From assembly GCF_009914755.1 (NCBI RefSeq), contig NC_060934.1: a DNA stretch of 64,000 nt; one strand, written 5' to 3'. Below, one piece after another: positions 1-13,812 of the stretch. The notes under the pieces were generated by a model, which was not told where the DNA came from, searched no databases, and saw only the letters and a list, made by a program, of their open reading frames with translations. Origin of the DNA: the human T2T-CHM13v2.0 reference genome, Homo sapiens. A program made the translations under genes and the position numbers. Each line of letters opens with the position of its first letter. Within the stretch, counting starts at the first letter, position 1.

Positions 1-490
1 CCTTCAAGAAAGCCAACGAAGCAGGCATTTGGGAAAGTCAGCACTCGTTCAAGAGTTCGTTGGCTTTCAGTTGTGATGATGTTTTAAGGTCATATTTTTC
101 CAAGTAGGATTGTTTGAGAATGAGGGCTCTGGTTTCATTCAGAGATAATGGCAATAGGCTTCTCTCACTTCAAACACCTGACTTGCCACACACTTGTTTG
201 ACTGCTGCCCTTATCCAGAGAATTCTCATCAAGATGGGCATGTGGGCCGGGATGCTGCTGTACCCCAGGATTCACACTGGCCTCGCGGCCGTGCAGAAAA
301 GCAAGACAGTGGATCTGAGCTCCATCCCCGCAGTCTGCACTGGCCCCTTCATGGCACAGCGACAGCTTTGCCATCAGCCGGCAAGCATGCGGGGTGTGGA
401 CGACACAGCCGGAGAGAGCAGAGGCCAGGCTCATGAATCGGACAACGAGCTCGAGTTTTCAAGGTGTGACTCAAAGATCCATCAACACTT

Positions 491-765
491 CCTTAGTCAT
501 CTGCTATTAGGTATTAGTGATATAGTCCATTGGATTCAGCCTTAGTCATCTGCTATTATCTGCTATTATGTATTAGTGATATAGTCCATTGGATTCAGCC
601 TTAGTCATCTGCTATTATCTGCTATTATGTATTAGTGATATAGTCCATTGGATTCAGCCTTAGTCATCTGCTATTATCTGCTATTAGGTGTTAGTGATAC
701 AGTCCATTGGATTCAGCTTTAGTCACCTGCTATTAGGTATTAGTGATATAGTCCATTGGATTGAG
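491..765. repeat. Minisatellite, 5 units (49,59,59,59,49 bp)
   Basis: Unit ccttagtcatctgctatta[tctgctatta]kgtattagtgatatagtccattggattcag; the 59-bp units carry an extra 10-bp internal duplication. Confidence 0.95.
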
Positions 766-929
766 TTAATGCTCAGACTCTGTGAAAATAGTCAAATTCT
801 TTTACTTTCTCAACTAGATTTGATGCATTTTTCGAATATTTACGTGTCGTGTTAACATGACCCTAATTCAATTAGCTTGCCAGTAAATTTTACTGCTTGG
901 GGATGAGATCTACAAAGGCATTACACAGG

Positions 930-1150
930 GACATGAAGCTCCCTGCTGCCAAAACGTTGGCGCTCTTCAGCGGTTAAAACGTTCTTCCTTCTGCTGAGTG
1001 ATGATCCGCTTCCATGGAGTTTCCATCGCTGGCTCCTAGAGCTTTCCTTTGGTGATTGAAAGCATCAGTCTGCCTCCTCTCCTGTCTGGCATCCCTTCAA
1101 ATATTTGAAAAGGGTGACTAAGTTCCCTCTAAGCCTGTTCATTCTCATCC
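930..1150 (-). mobile_element. CR1/L3 LINE relic (ORF2 C-terminal region)
   Basis: Minus-strand translation RLRGNLVTLFKYLKGC matches the CR1 ORF2 motif RRLRGDLIxVFKYLKG; adjacent gttcttcctt...ctcctagagct resembles L3 3' sequence. Confidence 0.75.
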
Positions 1151-1676
1151 GGGTCATCCTCCTGCCCTCTCTTGTTAGTTGTACAGAGAAGTTTCTAGAC
1201 CCTTCACCGCTGTGGCTAATTCCCGAGAAGAGGAGGTGGGCTACTCCGGTCTTGAGAGTTATGACTGGACACCTGAGATGCACAGGATATAAGGCTTCAT
1301 GCAACTGGAAAGAAATTTCTGCACATAACAAGTTTATACTCGTCCATGTACAAGGCCCCGAGTCAAACACAGTCATCTGAAATTGTCAAGTGGGAGAAAA
1401 CAGCTACAGATTTCTATTTTTTCTCATGCCTAGTCACAGCATTGAGTCTTGTTTGAGGCAACATCACTCTTATCGTTTTTAAAAAATATCTTACTACAGC
1501 CCTCTCCCTGTTGCTTGAACTCATACAGAAGAGAAGGCAGTTGTCCCTCCTGCTGTATAAATTATAACTGCCGTCTCTCCTTTCTTTCCACACATTGCTG
1601 CACCCAGAGTGCTGCCACCAACACTTAACTGTATCTTTATAGTCAAGGAGGAATCTGCCTTCCAGAGACAGAAATA

Positions 1677-1960
1677 GTGTGTGCACATGTGTGTGAATGT
1701 GTATCCATGCACATGTGTGCACATCTGTATGTATGTGCACGTGTATACACTCAAGTTGTGCATGTATGCTGTACATGTGTATTCAGGGATGTGTGTGCAT
1801 GTGTGTGCATGCATGTGTGTGCATGGTATGTGGGCATCTCTTCGCATGTGCACCTATGTGTGCATTTATGTTGTGCATGCATGTTATGCATGCGTGTGCA
1901 TGGATGTCAGTGCATATGTGCATACATGCATGTGCGTGTGTGTGGATTTGGATGTACGCA
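1677..1960. repeat. Degenerate (TG/TGCA)n simple repeat
   Basis: Alternating purine-pyrimidine tract. Confidence 0.9.
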
Positions 1961-2364
1961 ACTTATGCATTTTTTCTAAGGCTATTTATTTTTTCATTTG
2001 GGCAATTTTTTTTTTCTCAGATGTCGTCAGGTCCATCACAGCTCAGCATTATGAAATAATAAAATAACCAAATCCTTTCCCAATCGGTAGCAGCTCCATG
2101 TGTATCCATCTTTTCTCGGTTTAACTTTGATTGTTTATGCATGGGCAGCATGTACTGCTGTAAGAAAAAAACAGGTTTTCTTTTGTAGAAGCTTAAGGTA
2201 GATAAATCTTTGATGTACACTGGTGGGCTGTTCTAATCTTGCAGTTGCTGTATGGACTGGAGACTTAATATTCACCTCTTTGGAAAGGCTGCACAATTGA
2301 TCTCAGGAAGATCTCAGCAAACCTTGGAATTACTGCTGGAATGAATGGATGCACATCTTTTGAA

Positions 2365-2495
2365 TTATATTTATAATACTATATACTAATATATATACTA
2401 TATATATTATAGTGTGGTATACTATACTATTATACTATACTATATACTCTATTATTACAGTATACTACACCATATACTATACTATAATACTAATA
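2365..2495. repeat. AT-rich (TATAC)n-like low-complexity tract
   Basis: Repeated tactata/tatac motifs. Confidence 0.8.
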
Positions 2496-3648
2496 CCCTT
2501 CTGTATATATTGTCTCCTTGTTTTGTTGAGATTTGACTGGATCCCAGGGCAACCGCAGTGTAGGCACTGTGAGACCCAGCAGTTGATTCCCCACCTGCCT
2601 GTCCCCACCCTGGCCAGGATGGTGCCTGCCTTACGTCTCTGATCCCTTTCAGGTCATGCACAGTAATCGTTCGCCGTCCTCCCCAGGGCTCTGTGGCTGG
2701 CATAGCTGCCACTGTGTGCGAAGGGGATGGGCTGCCCAGCTGAGCTTCCTCAACTGACTCATCACCCACATTTCGGCAAGAGACTCATGCATGGCTCCTG
2801 TCGCCGGGAGCAGGCTGCACGCTGTGATTTCATTTGTGTCCTGTCTCGTTCATGCTGGCCTTCTTGGGGACATTGCTGCGAGGAATGCATTTACAAGGGA
2901 TTTGGGCTCCTTGGATGACCTGGACAGGTTTCTGCCTCCTCAGTGTCTTGTTGTCCTCTCTCATTCTGGAAGTCAGGTTCAGAGAGGAAAGCCTTCAGGC
3001 ACTATAAACAGTCTCCATAACTGAAGGAGGCAGAGACAAGAGCCCTGTTCCCAGGTGGTTAAATCAAAGGGACTGAAAAACAACAGCTTTTCATCCAATA
3101 AGGCTCAGGCACTGGGGGGACACGAGAAGTTCTCCCAGCACTGTGGTCAGTGCCTGCCATGGGCTGGTGGCAGGGAAGGGCCATCAATGGTCGTTTCATG
3201 CTCAAGACAGGAGGACCTGGAATTCCTCAAAGACATATGTCTGTGATTGGAGGGAAGGGGAGAGCACTGAAGGTCATGCCTAAGGAGCTCTTAGAATATG
3301 TCCACGGGCGCTTTCTCCACACCTGGACACTGTCAGGTTGGAAGTGCTTTCTACTCTGGGGAACCTGACTTCCTTTTGCATATGTTTAGACAAAAGTAAA
3401 CATCTGAGTCATAGTTACCTATCCCAAGAGTCATTCTGACTGTGATAGGATGTTTTGGGACCTTAATCTCTAGCCTTATGAATTAAAGTTGCAAAATGCA
3501 TATTTTTTCTTGTTTTAGTTTGAAGATACATTAACTACAGAGTTGAAAATGAGAGCTTCATGTCCTCTTTGCTTCTGGGAATGCCTCGTGGTTGTCCACG
3601 CGCTGGTCTCTGCCCCACGCGTGAGTGCACATGTGCAGGTGCCCCCCT

Positions 3649-3745
3649 CCCTCCCTGATCCTCTTCATGGAGTCCCCGACATGCCCTCCGTGATCCTCTT
3701 CATGGAGTCCCCGACCCGCCCTCCCTGATCCTCTTCATGGAGTCC
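3649..3745. repeat. 35-bp tandem repeat, about 2.8 copies
   Basis: ctccstgatcctcttcatggagtcc at 3651, 3686 and 3721. Confidence 0.92.
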
Positions 3746-6577
3746 ATGCGCCACCTTCCTGCACCTTCCTCCGTTATGCTTCACCCAGAGCTTCACACAT
3801 GGACATACATTTTAGAAAACGAAAGAAATGGTTAAGTCTGTATGATGGTAACAATCTTGACTAATATATCGCAGTAGTACTCTAACCAGACAATTTACTG
3901 AAAAACAATCTAATTTTTTGGGCTGTGCACTCCTGATGAATCTGTGAGCTCTCCTAACCATAACGCTAACCATAACCCTAACCCATTTTATTCTCCCCAT
4001 CATCTTATTACCTGTCATTGGCCTGGCCTCTGCTGGGTGTCCCATAAATTTAATGAGTCAAACTACTCACAGAATGAGTAATTAAGACGCCTAAAACTCT
4101 CATTTACTTGGATTTATGTTTCACTTTTTACCAAGTTTTATTTGCATTGTACAGTCAAAAAAAATTTCACAAATAAAGAAAAATAAGCTCCTAAATTTGT
4201 ACTCCCAGAAAAAAAAAGATCTCAAGCTTTAAAAAGTAACCACCTCTTCTTTAATAAAGTGGAGTAGAACTTGTAAAATAAATTGACCCGCCCTGGGAAA
4301 AGTGTTATTTCTAAGATATTAGAAATGAAACATGACCTTTGCAGCAGACTGTGGTAGGAATCTTAATTGTTGAAGGTTCCGGAGAGGTTTGGGATTCTCA
4401 GAGGGACAAGGACTTGAACCTTAACAGTATTTAGCTCACTGAATTGCCCCGAAATGTAAACAGCCCGTAGTTGGGGCAACAGTGGCCGCTGTGACCTGTC
4501 GCATGACAACACGGTGAGAAGAAAGTGATGTCATCATCATTCCTGCCTGGACTACCAGGCCTCGTGCATCTGAAGAGCTGACCAGCCTCAAGAGTCCCAC
4601 AGGCAAAGCGCTCACCGCAGAGTCGCAGCAGCTCCCATGGATTCTTCTTTATGGGTATTGTGACCCATTGTTCACCCACCACCCATTTCTCTAATATCAA
4701 CAAGACAGAAATGGCACTTGCCCGTTCTGAGCACGGGCTCCTTGGCTTCCCGGAATTTCATTAACCCCTGGCTCCGCTCCGGAGCTTCTAGTTATCGTAT
4801 TCTAAACAGACACCGGCTTTTTTTCACATCACTGAGGACTCAAAAATGGGAAAGGTGGAGAGAAAAGATCCCATTTCCTCCGGACACACACATCTCTTTT
4901 TAGGTTGATAAAGTGAGGTTTAGTTTGGGGCTATTTAATTTTTATTTTTTATAGTCTTAAGAACCTGGTAACAATGCTTAAAATGAAACAGGGCAGCATC
5001 AATTAACAGAGAATAAGAAGTGGAGCTCTGTGTCTGCTGCAGAGGTCAGAGCCTCCCAGCCACCGTGCCCAGGTGCTCTGTGCCGTGAGCGGTGCCCGGG
5101 TGCTGTGTGCCGTGGGTGCAGTGTGCCGTGAGTAGGTTACAGGCAGTGGAGATGCTGAGCCTCAGCCACTGGGCAGCTGGACGGAGCCTGGGAGCTGAAC
5201 CTCCTGGGAGGCTGGCTGATGACCTCCTGCTAGAAGCAGCCATACCCCAGTGTCCCATGGGTGGTATAAATATTAATATTTCCTATATCTGCTTTGATGC
5301 AAAAAAAAAATCAGAAAGCATGTTTAGAATATACAAGCACGACAGCCTAACTCTAAAAGCTTGCACACTGATAATTATTTAATGGCTGCAGGTAAGCACT
5401 CTGAAGCGGGACTTAGCTCTGAGCTGGAGTGCCCGGGAACAGTGCAAATCACTCGGACGAGGCCTTGCAGAACACTTGATGCGTTCAGCTCCATGCAGCC
5501 CTTAGAGTGGCCTGTGCTGCTCAGCAGCCTGCACAGGCCCCGAGCAGAGGCCCCAGGGTGGCCTTTGTCTGTAGAAGCCCTGAGCCCTCCAAATGTCCCC
5601 ATGGGCTGCCCCGTATTTGGTCTCAGGAGAGTTTACTTCTAATTTTGCACTTGGGAGTTGAAATGGGCTAGTTTTCTCATCAACTTTCCTTCTCATCCAA
5701 CAGCACCTTCTCAGTGGCCTGGGCAGGGGATGCTCTACCAGGTCTCAGGCTCCGTCCCCACGGTTGGCACTGCCCCCCACTCACACTGACCTCAGAGCTT
5801 ATACCAAGGCAGGGCAGAGCTGAAATCCTACAGAAAATAGGCCTGGGAATACTGTGCTTAATTACTGAAAGACTGTGGCACTTCAGGTGGTCTGTGGGTT
5901 GATGGGACCTAGGACACCAAATGTGGGGCCATGGGGGCTCCTGTGCCCTTCCCAAGGCCTTCCACACACCTGCCCATGTGCTGTCCTAGAAGCCTCACCT
6001 GATTGTGAACAAACCCCTGCCAGGCCATGTTCCCCTCCATTGCCAGGAGCCTGTTCATCTTATTCCTGCTGCAGAAACCCACCGCTGCCCGGGGGGCCAC
6101 CCCTTGAGGCCTATTTTGTACCTTTTTTTAATGTGGATGTTCTGATACTGAATTTGGACTACAGAACATGATCAAACATTCACTTCTCTGTAGGAACATA
6201 CGTTTACTTTTATGTGGATTGAACGTGGATTCCTTCTCCTTGCTGCAAGAGTGCTTTGAAGATACTGGATTAATTACATTGTACCTTACCTTGTAATGAA
6301 CTGTTTATATCATTTTATTCAAATACACAAGGAAGTTTTTAGGACTTCATCTATTTTTTTTAATTCTTTTAAAATTCTGGGCCTTTAATGTAGCTCCTGC
6401 TGTGTAATCACTTGTTAAATTTTTGCAGAATGAAAATAACACATCAGTGAGTCTTGCCCTGTTCTCTCTTGATGAGCCTTCCCTGTTCTCTCCTAACTTC
6501 CCTGCACCCAAATCCCTTGTATTTGTAGCCTTCTTGACACAAGCAGGGTCTAGTTCCAAATGCCTTTTGCGTGTTGC

Positions 6578-6730
6578 TTATAATCCTCATAGCAGCCCTG
6601 GCAGTAAGGACCTATTATTGTCCCGATGTTACCAATGAGAAAGTGAATGCAATTAAGTCACTTACTTATGAGTAGCAGAGCTGGGATTTGAATCCAGAGA
6701 GTCTGGAACACACATCTCACCACTACAATC
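6578..6730 (-). mobile_element. MIR SINE
   Basis: aatcctcatagcagccct...aatgagaaagtga...gcagagctgggatttgaatccag is the MIR core in reverse. Confidence 0.7.
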
Positions 6731-7911
6731 CTTACACTTTTCCATATGTAGGGCTTCCCTATTTCCTGATATATCAAAAGCTCTTGGAGACAATGGATAA
6801 ATGGTAGGGTGAAGACTTGATTCACAGCACATAACGTGGAAGGTTGAAAGTAGATCCTCATAACCATCTGTTTGGATAATACAGAATTTCTTCTTTCTTC
6901 AAGACCCTCCAGAGATAGCTGTAAGGATAAATGAAATGACTTCTGTTGAAAACGCAAAACTCCTTTGAACCAAAAACCTTTCCATAAAGAAAATAAAATA
7001 TAAAACCTGTATAGTCCCCTAACAATGAAGCCATAACAACAAAAAACAAGAGCAGTATTTCGAGTCTGAAATGCCTACCCTTAATCTGCCTGTAGTTGCC
7101 GGTGTATAATTTAATGTGCTTTTTGGAGTTACTACCAAGATAATTTCAAATTTACACTTTGAAAGTTCGAAACTGAATTATCTTGGCTTAAAAATAGTCC
7201 ACTCTTAGTCAAAAAGAGAAGCAGCACATTTGTGTCAGTTATCTATTTAGGGACAAAATAGAGTTCGAAAAAAGAAATTAAGATACTATGAAAAATTCTG
7301 CTTTTGTGTAAGTTCAGTACAATATTTTGAACTTTATGTTTTTCTAAGACCAAATTATTTAACTTGAGCCTCAATTTTGGGATTGACGCCTCTTAGGCAT
7401 TTCCATAATTTAATTCCCTGTGCTGTCTAGGTCCATTATTTTAATTTCTGATCTTATGCCTATTCAAATTACTTTTCTTCACAATATTTTATCTATATTT
7501 TAATACCTCATTAAAATTTGACCTCTGCAGGAAGCCCTTTCCTGCATTTCTACTGTATTTGCATGACATCATTTAAAAGAGATCTGGTCCTCCTGACTTC
7601 AGCCTTGGAATGTTGTAAAGGAAGCATCGTTCCAAAGCTCTGGTATCCTCCCAGTGCCTGGCACCATGCTGGGCACGAAACGGACCAGATGCTTATTTGG
7701 TTTCCATTAACAGCAGACACCTGCCCCTGCCATTGACTGAATTACCTATTTCCACATGCTCCACACTAGGACAGGTGGCCTCCCATCACAGTTCCCATCC
7801 TTCACCATTTGACCTCAGGGCGCCTTAAATTCTGTTTCTATACATTCCCTCTATAGCTAATTGAGGCCTTCCTAAACGCCAGCCACCATTTAGCCCTTTA
7901 CGTATATGGTT

Positions 7912-8045
7912 GGCTCATAAATACCCCTGAGAGGTAGGATGGTTCCCACCCCATGACAGATGAGGAAACTGAGGCACAGGTGAGGCTGCCAGTTTCCCCA
8001 ACCACTCAGCTGGGGTGTGGCAGGGCAGATGACAGAACCAGGGAC
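7912..8045 (-). mobile_element. MIR SINE
   Basis: acagatgaggaaactgaggcacag core. Confidence 0.8.
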
Positions 8046-10014
8046 CACAAACCCTAAAGGGCGGCAGCGGCAGCAGCAGCAGCAGCAGCCTCTGCACGGG
8101 CACGGGTGGCGTTGGTTTTGTGTGTCTGCTGTTTGTTAGGGGTCCAGCCTGTCTGTTGCTGCTGTCTGTGTGTCTGTGTGTCTCATGCGATGCATCATTC
8201 ATTGCATGGGGACCCTGTTTTGAGGCCTATCCGAAGTTTCATCCTGTTCCTAAGCTGCTCTAACCCGACTTCAGAGCTGTCTGCATCTCAATCCCATGAT
8301 CTCACTCCAGAGGCAAAAACAAACCCTGTGAAGTGGGCAGACATTGCCCGTAACTGCAAAGTGTAACAATGTTGTTGTCATCATTATCCAATAACGCCAG
8401 AGCAAAGACATTGTTTTTCACTTTTATTATTATACATCAAAGATATGGTATTTTCCATGTATGTTCATTTAGTCCTTAAGTAAATATTTGTCGATTACAT
8501 CATTGGATCTTCACAGAAGTGGCTCCTGACTAAACAACACTGTATTGTAAGAGAAATGGCATCATTTTTTAGCATATTTTCTCTTTAGAAAAGAAGACAG
8601 AGATTTGAATTTGGGCGACACACATAATAAAATGGATGTTTTCTTTTTAACAACCAAATCATACTCGAATTACAAAACCCTCCAGGCATTATCAGTTAAT
8701 GCAAACACAGGAGGAAGATTTCTGCTCTCCGATTACATAAAACGTCTCCCCATTCCCAAGATCCTGGAGCCTCTCTCCCAGCGTCAGCTGTGGACCGCGG
8801 GTTTTGCAGAACGGGAATTCAGGCACTGTGATCTCAGCCAGTGAGGAGGTCAGATCAGGGCCCCAGGTTTGCCTGGTGGACCTTCCGAGTGGAAAGCAGC
8901 CAATGATTTGTTACCATGCAGGACAGCCGCCTCCGGGAACCCGTGTGTGGCCCGGGTGCCACGCAGCCTCGCGACCCCTGCCTCTCTTCACTGGCTTGTT
9001 CTCTGCCTCAGTCAGAGCCAATGACTTAGTGGCATCACAATTTTCTCAAACTTGCCAGAACTTTCTGGAATGTACTTAAAGAAAGCCATGACTCTGCCTC
9101 TTGTTAGCTGACATTCATTAGAGGCTTTGTGTCAGAGCTGGAAGCCATGAGTCACACTTGCTGATACAAGGGGAGATCTCAGCAGGAGGAACGGGCCTCG
9201 TGGTGCCCGTGCGCTTCCTGGAATTGTGCTGTAAGTGAAATGAGATGCTGGTGCCTGGGAGACCAGAGCTCAGCCCACATGGACTCCTCTGACACTTCGT
9301 CTACACTTAGAAACCTCCAAGCAGGCACAGGCCAGGCGCAGGTCACTTTCTTCAGCCCCATCTCCCCAGGCAGCCCCAGAGGCGGCGGCAGTGGGCTCCC
9401 AACTTCATGAATCCGCTGGAGCACGGAGATGTGGCGTGAAAACATGTCACACTCCTGGAGACGTGCATGAAGCCTCCTGGTGGCCTCAGAGTGTCTGGGG
9501 CCACCGGTCCTTTGAGATTTTAAGGAAAACAGTGTGTTTTCTGCTGTCTCCCCCTGACACAGCACTCTGAAAATCAAGCCGGAGCACCTGCAGAACCTCA
9601 GCACTGTCCAGAGCATCGTTGTGAGGGTCGGTTGCTGACCCAGGGCACGTCAGCCCCTGGAGGCCGAGTTACACTAACCTAGCCTCTGTTCCCTACATTC
9701 CTTGGTGTGGACTCTGGAATGGACCATGGAGAGAGAGGACATGAGAGCTGGAACTTTAATGCCCATTCCTTCGGCTCTGGATGTGGGAAATACAGGTCAT
9801 GCCGAGATAACACACTTTTCACCACAGGGGCGTTCACAGGAAGGCCACACGCTTCATGTCAAGGGTTAGACCAGAGGCTCAGGGCTGTGTATTCACAGTA
9901 ACGGCCAAGGAGGAAGGGATGGAGTTGATGCAACTGGAAACCCCCTTAGCAGTTGACATTAGACCCTGTCTTGCAGAGGTGCTGAGGGACGAGCTGCCTT
10001 TGAAGCCTGGCGCA

Positions 10015-10368
10015 CGCATCTCCCAAGGCTGCGGCAACCAAGCACTGTGGATCAGGCGGCCTCAACAGTGGGAATGCAGGTTCTCACACTCCCTGGGGCT
10101 GGATGTCCTGAACAAGGTGTTGGTTCCTCTTGAGGTCTCTCTTCTTGTCTGGTAGACGCCATCTTCTCCCAGCGTCCTCACACCATCGCCCTCTGTGTCC
10201 CAATCTCCTCTTCTTACAAAGACACCGTCAGATTGGACGAGACCGCATGCTAATGACCCTGTTTTAACTCAGTTAACTCTGGAAAGACCTCATCACCACA
10301 GTTCTCACCTTCCCAGGAGGTTCAGACTTCAACACCTGAAAACTAAGGACACAACTTACTCCTTAACA
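10015..10368 (-). mobile_element. MaLR LTR (MLT1A-C-like)
   Basis: aatctcctcttcttacaaagacaccgtcagattgga...ttcagacttcaaca...taaca. Confidence 0.7.
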
Positions 10369-10919
10369 GTGTGTGTGTGCCTGCATGTTCTTAAATCTTC
10401 AAAAAACTATGCAGTTGAAGAATTTGGGAAAATGCTTCTAGGCCATACATGGTCCTGTACTGTCATTTAAACAGTCCCCCCACTCTCCCCCACACACACA
10501 GGGCCCTCGTCTCTGAGGGTCTTCTCCACAGACACCTCCCACATCCACAAAATGAGATGCCCAAGCTAGAGGGTCCCCTGGCACCCTTTAGAGAAGGACA
10601 GAAATAAGACGGAGGAAGAGGAGGGCTGTGGATAGGCCTGAGTCACTTCATCACAGATACCTCTTTAGAAAACCCTATGGATTGACTTCTTGGTGTAAAT
10701 GATAAATGGCCTTTGAGAAAAGTTGGAAAATATGGATAAAATATAATAGAGGAAACAAAAATACATGTGTTAGGTAAACTTAGCCGTAACAACTGTTCAG
10801 TTATCTGGGGGTGGGAAGTACCCCCAGCCCTTGTTGCTGTGGGAATGTGAGTAGCTGTTCCCTGTGCTTGAAAAGTCAATATGCAATTATATCTACATGG
10901 GGGTGAACAGGCTGCCCAC

Positions 10920-11319
10920 ACAGTGTTAGAGCTTGCCTTTTTTTCACCTAGCCTTCCACATAATTGAAAATAATTCAGAACTTTAATTTTTAGTGACTAC
11001 ATAATATTTTATCTTAACAATATGCCAAAACTATTTAATCATTCTCTTGGTGTTGACTATTTCTGATATTAACAGTTCCGTGTGGCTAGAACAAACATTA
11101 TTGCCCATAAATCTTCATAGGTAGTCATATTATTTATTAGGATATATTCCTAGAAATGGAGTTACCCGATGAAGGGGCATGGATAATTTCAGATCTATTG
11201 TAACAAATCAGAACATCACTTTTTGGAAATTCTTAGACTTTACCAGGAGTGAATGAGATTGTTCATCTACCAAAAATTCTAGCAGCAATGGGGAGTTTTA
11301 TTAAACACACAAACAAAAA

Positions 11320-11368
<49 letters not shown>

Positions 11369-12260
11369 GAAAAAAGGGTTGCACCCTTTATTAGGCAAAA
11401 AGAAAAAAAAATGATATCTCAATGTTGTAAGAATTTGAGTTTCTTTTCCTTACTGGTGAGGTTGAGGAATTTTTTATTCATTTCTCATTTTCTGTGTTTA
11501 AGCACTGGGCTGTCTTTCCGTTGGAAGCGGTTTGCCAATAATCTTTGTGGCACGTAGTTTCCCAGTTTCTTATATATAATACCTTTTAGTTATTTGACAG
11601 TAACAGTTTTTTGACTTAGGCTTTTTACTTTATCCCAATGTATGAAATTTCAGGATGCACAAGGCTTTCTCTTGGCTACTCCTGGGGTCGAGCTCAGTGG
11701 CTGTTGATTGCAGGAGAGGCCAGGACCAGCACTAAGGAAAGTTGCAACCAGGAGAAGGCCAGTGCTTTGGTGATAATGTTGCTGATCCTGAATAGTAACC
11801 AAATGTCTGTGTTTTGTTTCATGATTTTTTCCATTAATTATCTGCTTAGAAAGTCTTTTCTTCTTCCTCACATCCATTAAATGTTCCACTTTCCAAAAAA
11901 ATTGTTATGTTTAATGTTTTAGCTGTCTATATTTTCTATTCAATTCTTCTTCAGTTTATTTTTGTATATGGTATGAATTAAGGATGTTAATTTATTCCCC
12001 CCAACCGAATCTACAAACTTTTCAACATCATTTATGAATTAATTGTCCTTTTATTATTACTCACTAAGTTTTTCTCTATTAGCATTTGTTTCTGGGAAAA
12101 TGAACCTTTTCCGATGATTAAGCTCTTTATTCTTCTGCCAATATTGCAGAATGGTAATTCCTGTAGATCTAGTAGGGCTACCTCTCCCTCATTACTCACT
12201 CGTATTTTTTCTTTTTAAAACATTTTTCCTTGGAAACTTGTGTTTCCCCATGAGTCATTC
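10920..12260 (-). mobile_element. Old L1M (L1ME-like) fragments with internal (CA)n at about 11320-11360
   Basis: ttaggatatattcctagaaatgga; tttttgtatatggtatgaattaagga: degraded L1 3'/ORF2 in antisense. Confidence 0.6.
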
Positions 12261-12581
12261 AATCATTTATAAGACTGTAGCCCTGCCATCTGACCATGGA
12301 TGAGAAGAATTCAGACCCGATGCCAGTGAGGAGGAGCTGGTGAAAAAGGAAGATAATTCTGGGAAGAGGCTGCAGCCCTGGGCTGCGAGGTGGACCTGGG
12401 CTGAAGCCACATGTGGAAGGAGCTTGCTGGAGCTGCTGGTCAGTGCGGCAGCATGGGGAACTGGGCCCACAGCGTGGTGCTTCATGAACCTTGCATGCTT
12501 CCTGGCCACTCTCGCAGAATAGTCAGACTCTGTGAAACCGTCAGGCTCCTTAAACTCTGTTGAATCCTCTGGTTGCCTCAC

Positions 12582-12939
12582 TGATATGGTTTGGCTGTGT
12601 GCCCACCCAAATCTCATCTCAAATTGTTAACTCCCACAGTTCCCACCTGTCATGGGAGGAACCTGGTGGGAGGGGGTTGAATTAGGGGGTGGGTCTTTCC
12701 TGTGCTGTTCTCGTGATAATGAATGAGTCTCATGAGATCTGATGGTTTTAACAAGGGGAGTTTCCCTGCACGAGCTCTCTTCTCTTCACTTGTCTGCTGC
12801 CATGGGAGACGTGCCTTTCACCTTCCACCATGAGGTCTCCCCAGCCAGGCAGAATTATAAATCCGTTAAACCTCTTTCTTTTGTAAATTGCCGGGTCTCA
12901 GGTATGTCTTTCTTAGTGGCATGAAAACATACTGATACA
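12582..12939 (+). mobile_element. THE1 (C/D-like) MaLR solo LTR
   Basis: tgatatggtttggctgtgt...gagatctgatggtttta...ttaaacctctttcttttgtaaattgcc...taca. Confidence 0.92.
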
Positions 12940-13145
12940 CTGGCAATCTATCCCAGCTCTGTCCAACTCATATTCAACTCTGCAGCTGGCGAGCCTCAAC
13001 ACATCCAAGGACAGGTGCCTCCCCTTGGGGTGACCCATGTGCCACACCCATGGAGTCTCCTGGACTCTGCACTCACATACCTGAGTCTGCTGTGGGTCCC
13101 TACCCTCTCTGTGCTCGCTCCTGATGCATCGTGGGTCTTCCACCG

Positions 13146-13518
13146 CTGTGGTTTGAATGGTTGTCTCTCTGAAATTCAAGCTGAAATATAATCTTCAAAG
13201 CGGCCCTAAATGTAATCTTCAAAGCAGCCCTTTGTAGAAGAGCCCTTAGACGTTGATTAGGCCATAAGGACGTTGCCTGGAGGGGTGGGATTTGTGCTGT
13301 AGAACAGGCTGGAGGAACTGGCTGCGTTCTTGTGTCATCCGGCCTTTCACTTTCCTCCATGTGAGGACACAGTGAGAAGATGTTCCCTTCGAAGCCCTGA
13401 CCAGACACCAAATCTAACTTGATTTTAGATATCTCAGCCTCAGAGCTGTGAGGAGGGTATGCCGACTGCCCACAAATTACCCAGTCTGTGGTTTTAGTGA
13501 CAGCAGCCTGAACGCACA
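13146..13518 (+). mobile_element. MST/MLT1A-type MaLR LTR
   Basis: tgtggtttgaatg...ccatgtgaggacacagtgagaag...ccagacaccaaatct...aaattacccagtctgtgg. Confidence 0.75.
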
Positions 13519-13812
13519 AGGGCCCCATCCTCTCCATGCTCAAATCTGGACCCCTGTGGGCCCTCCGTCCCCTCTGTGCCCACATCAGGACCCGTCCCAG
13601 GTTTTTGGCCCTGGACTGTCCCCCTACTTCAGGCTCTGTGGTGGGTGCCTGAGCAGGTGCCACAGGACACCTGGGCATCTGCTGTCTCCAGGATCTCCTG
13701 CTCACCTCCAGCACCCAGTCTCCATCTAAGATCCTTCGGAACTTTACAGCCACCTCCAGGAAGAGCTATAAACTCTTCCCGTGGCCTCAAGGGAAATTGG
13801 AAATTGAGGCCT

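Noticed and set aside
114-545. 143-aa ORF
   Set aside because: Non-ATG start, no recognisable domain, runs into a minisatellite
1521-2067. Overlapping Cys/His/Val/Met-rich ORFs (also 50341-50655 and 63497-63931)
   Set aside because: Translations of TG/CA simple repeats
8061-8089. Short CAG/CGG run
   Set aside because: Only about 6 pure CAG units and no exon context
13100-13753. Longest ORF (217 aa)
   Set aside because: Spans an antisense MaLR LTR; no protein-family features
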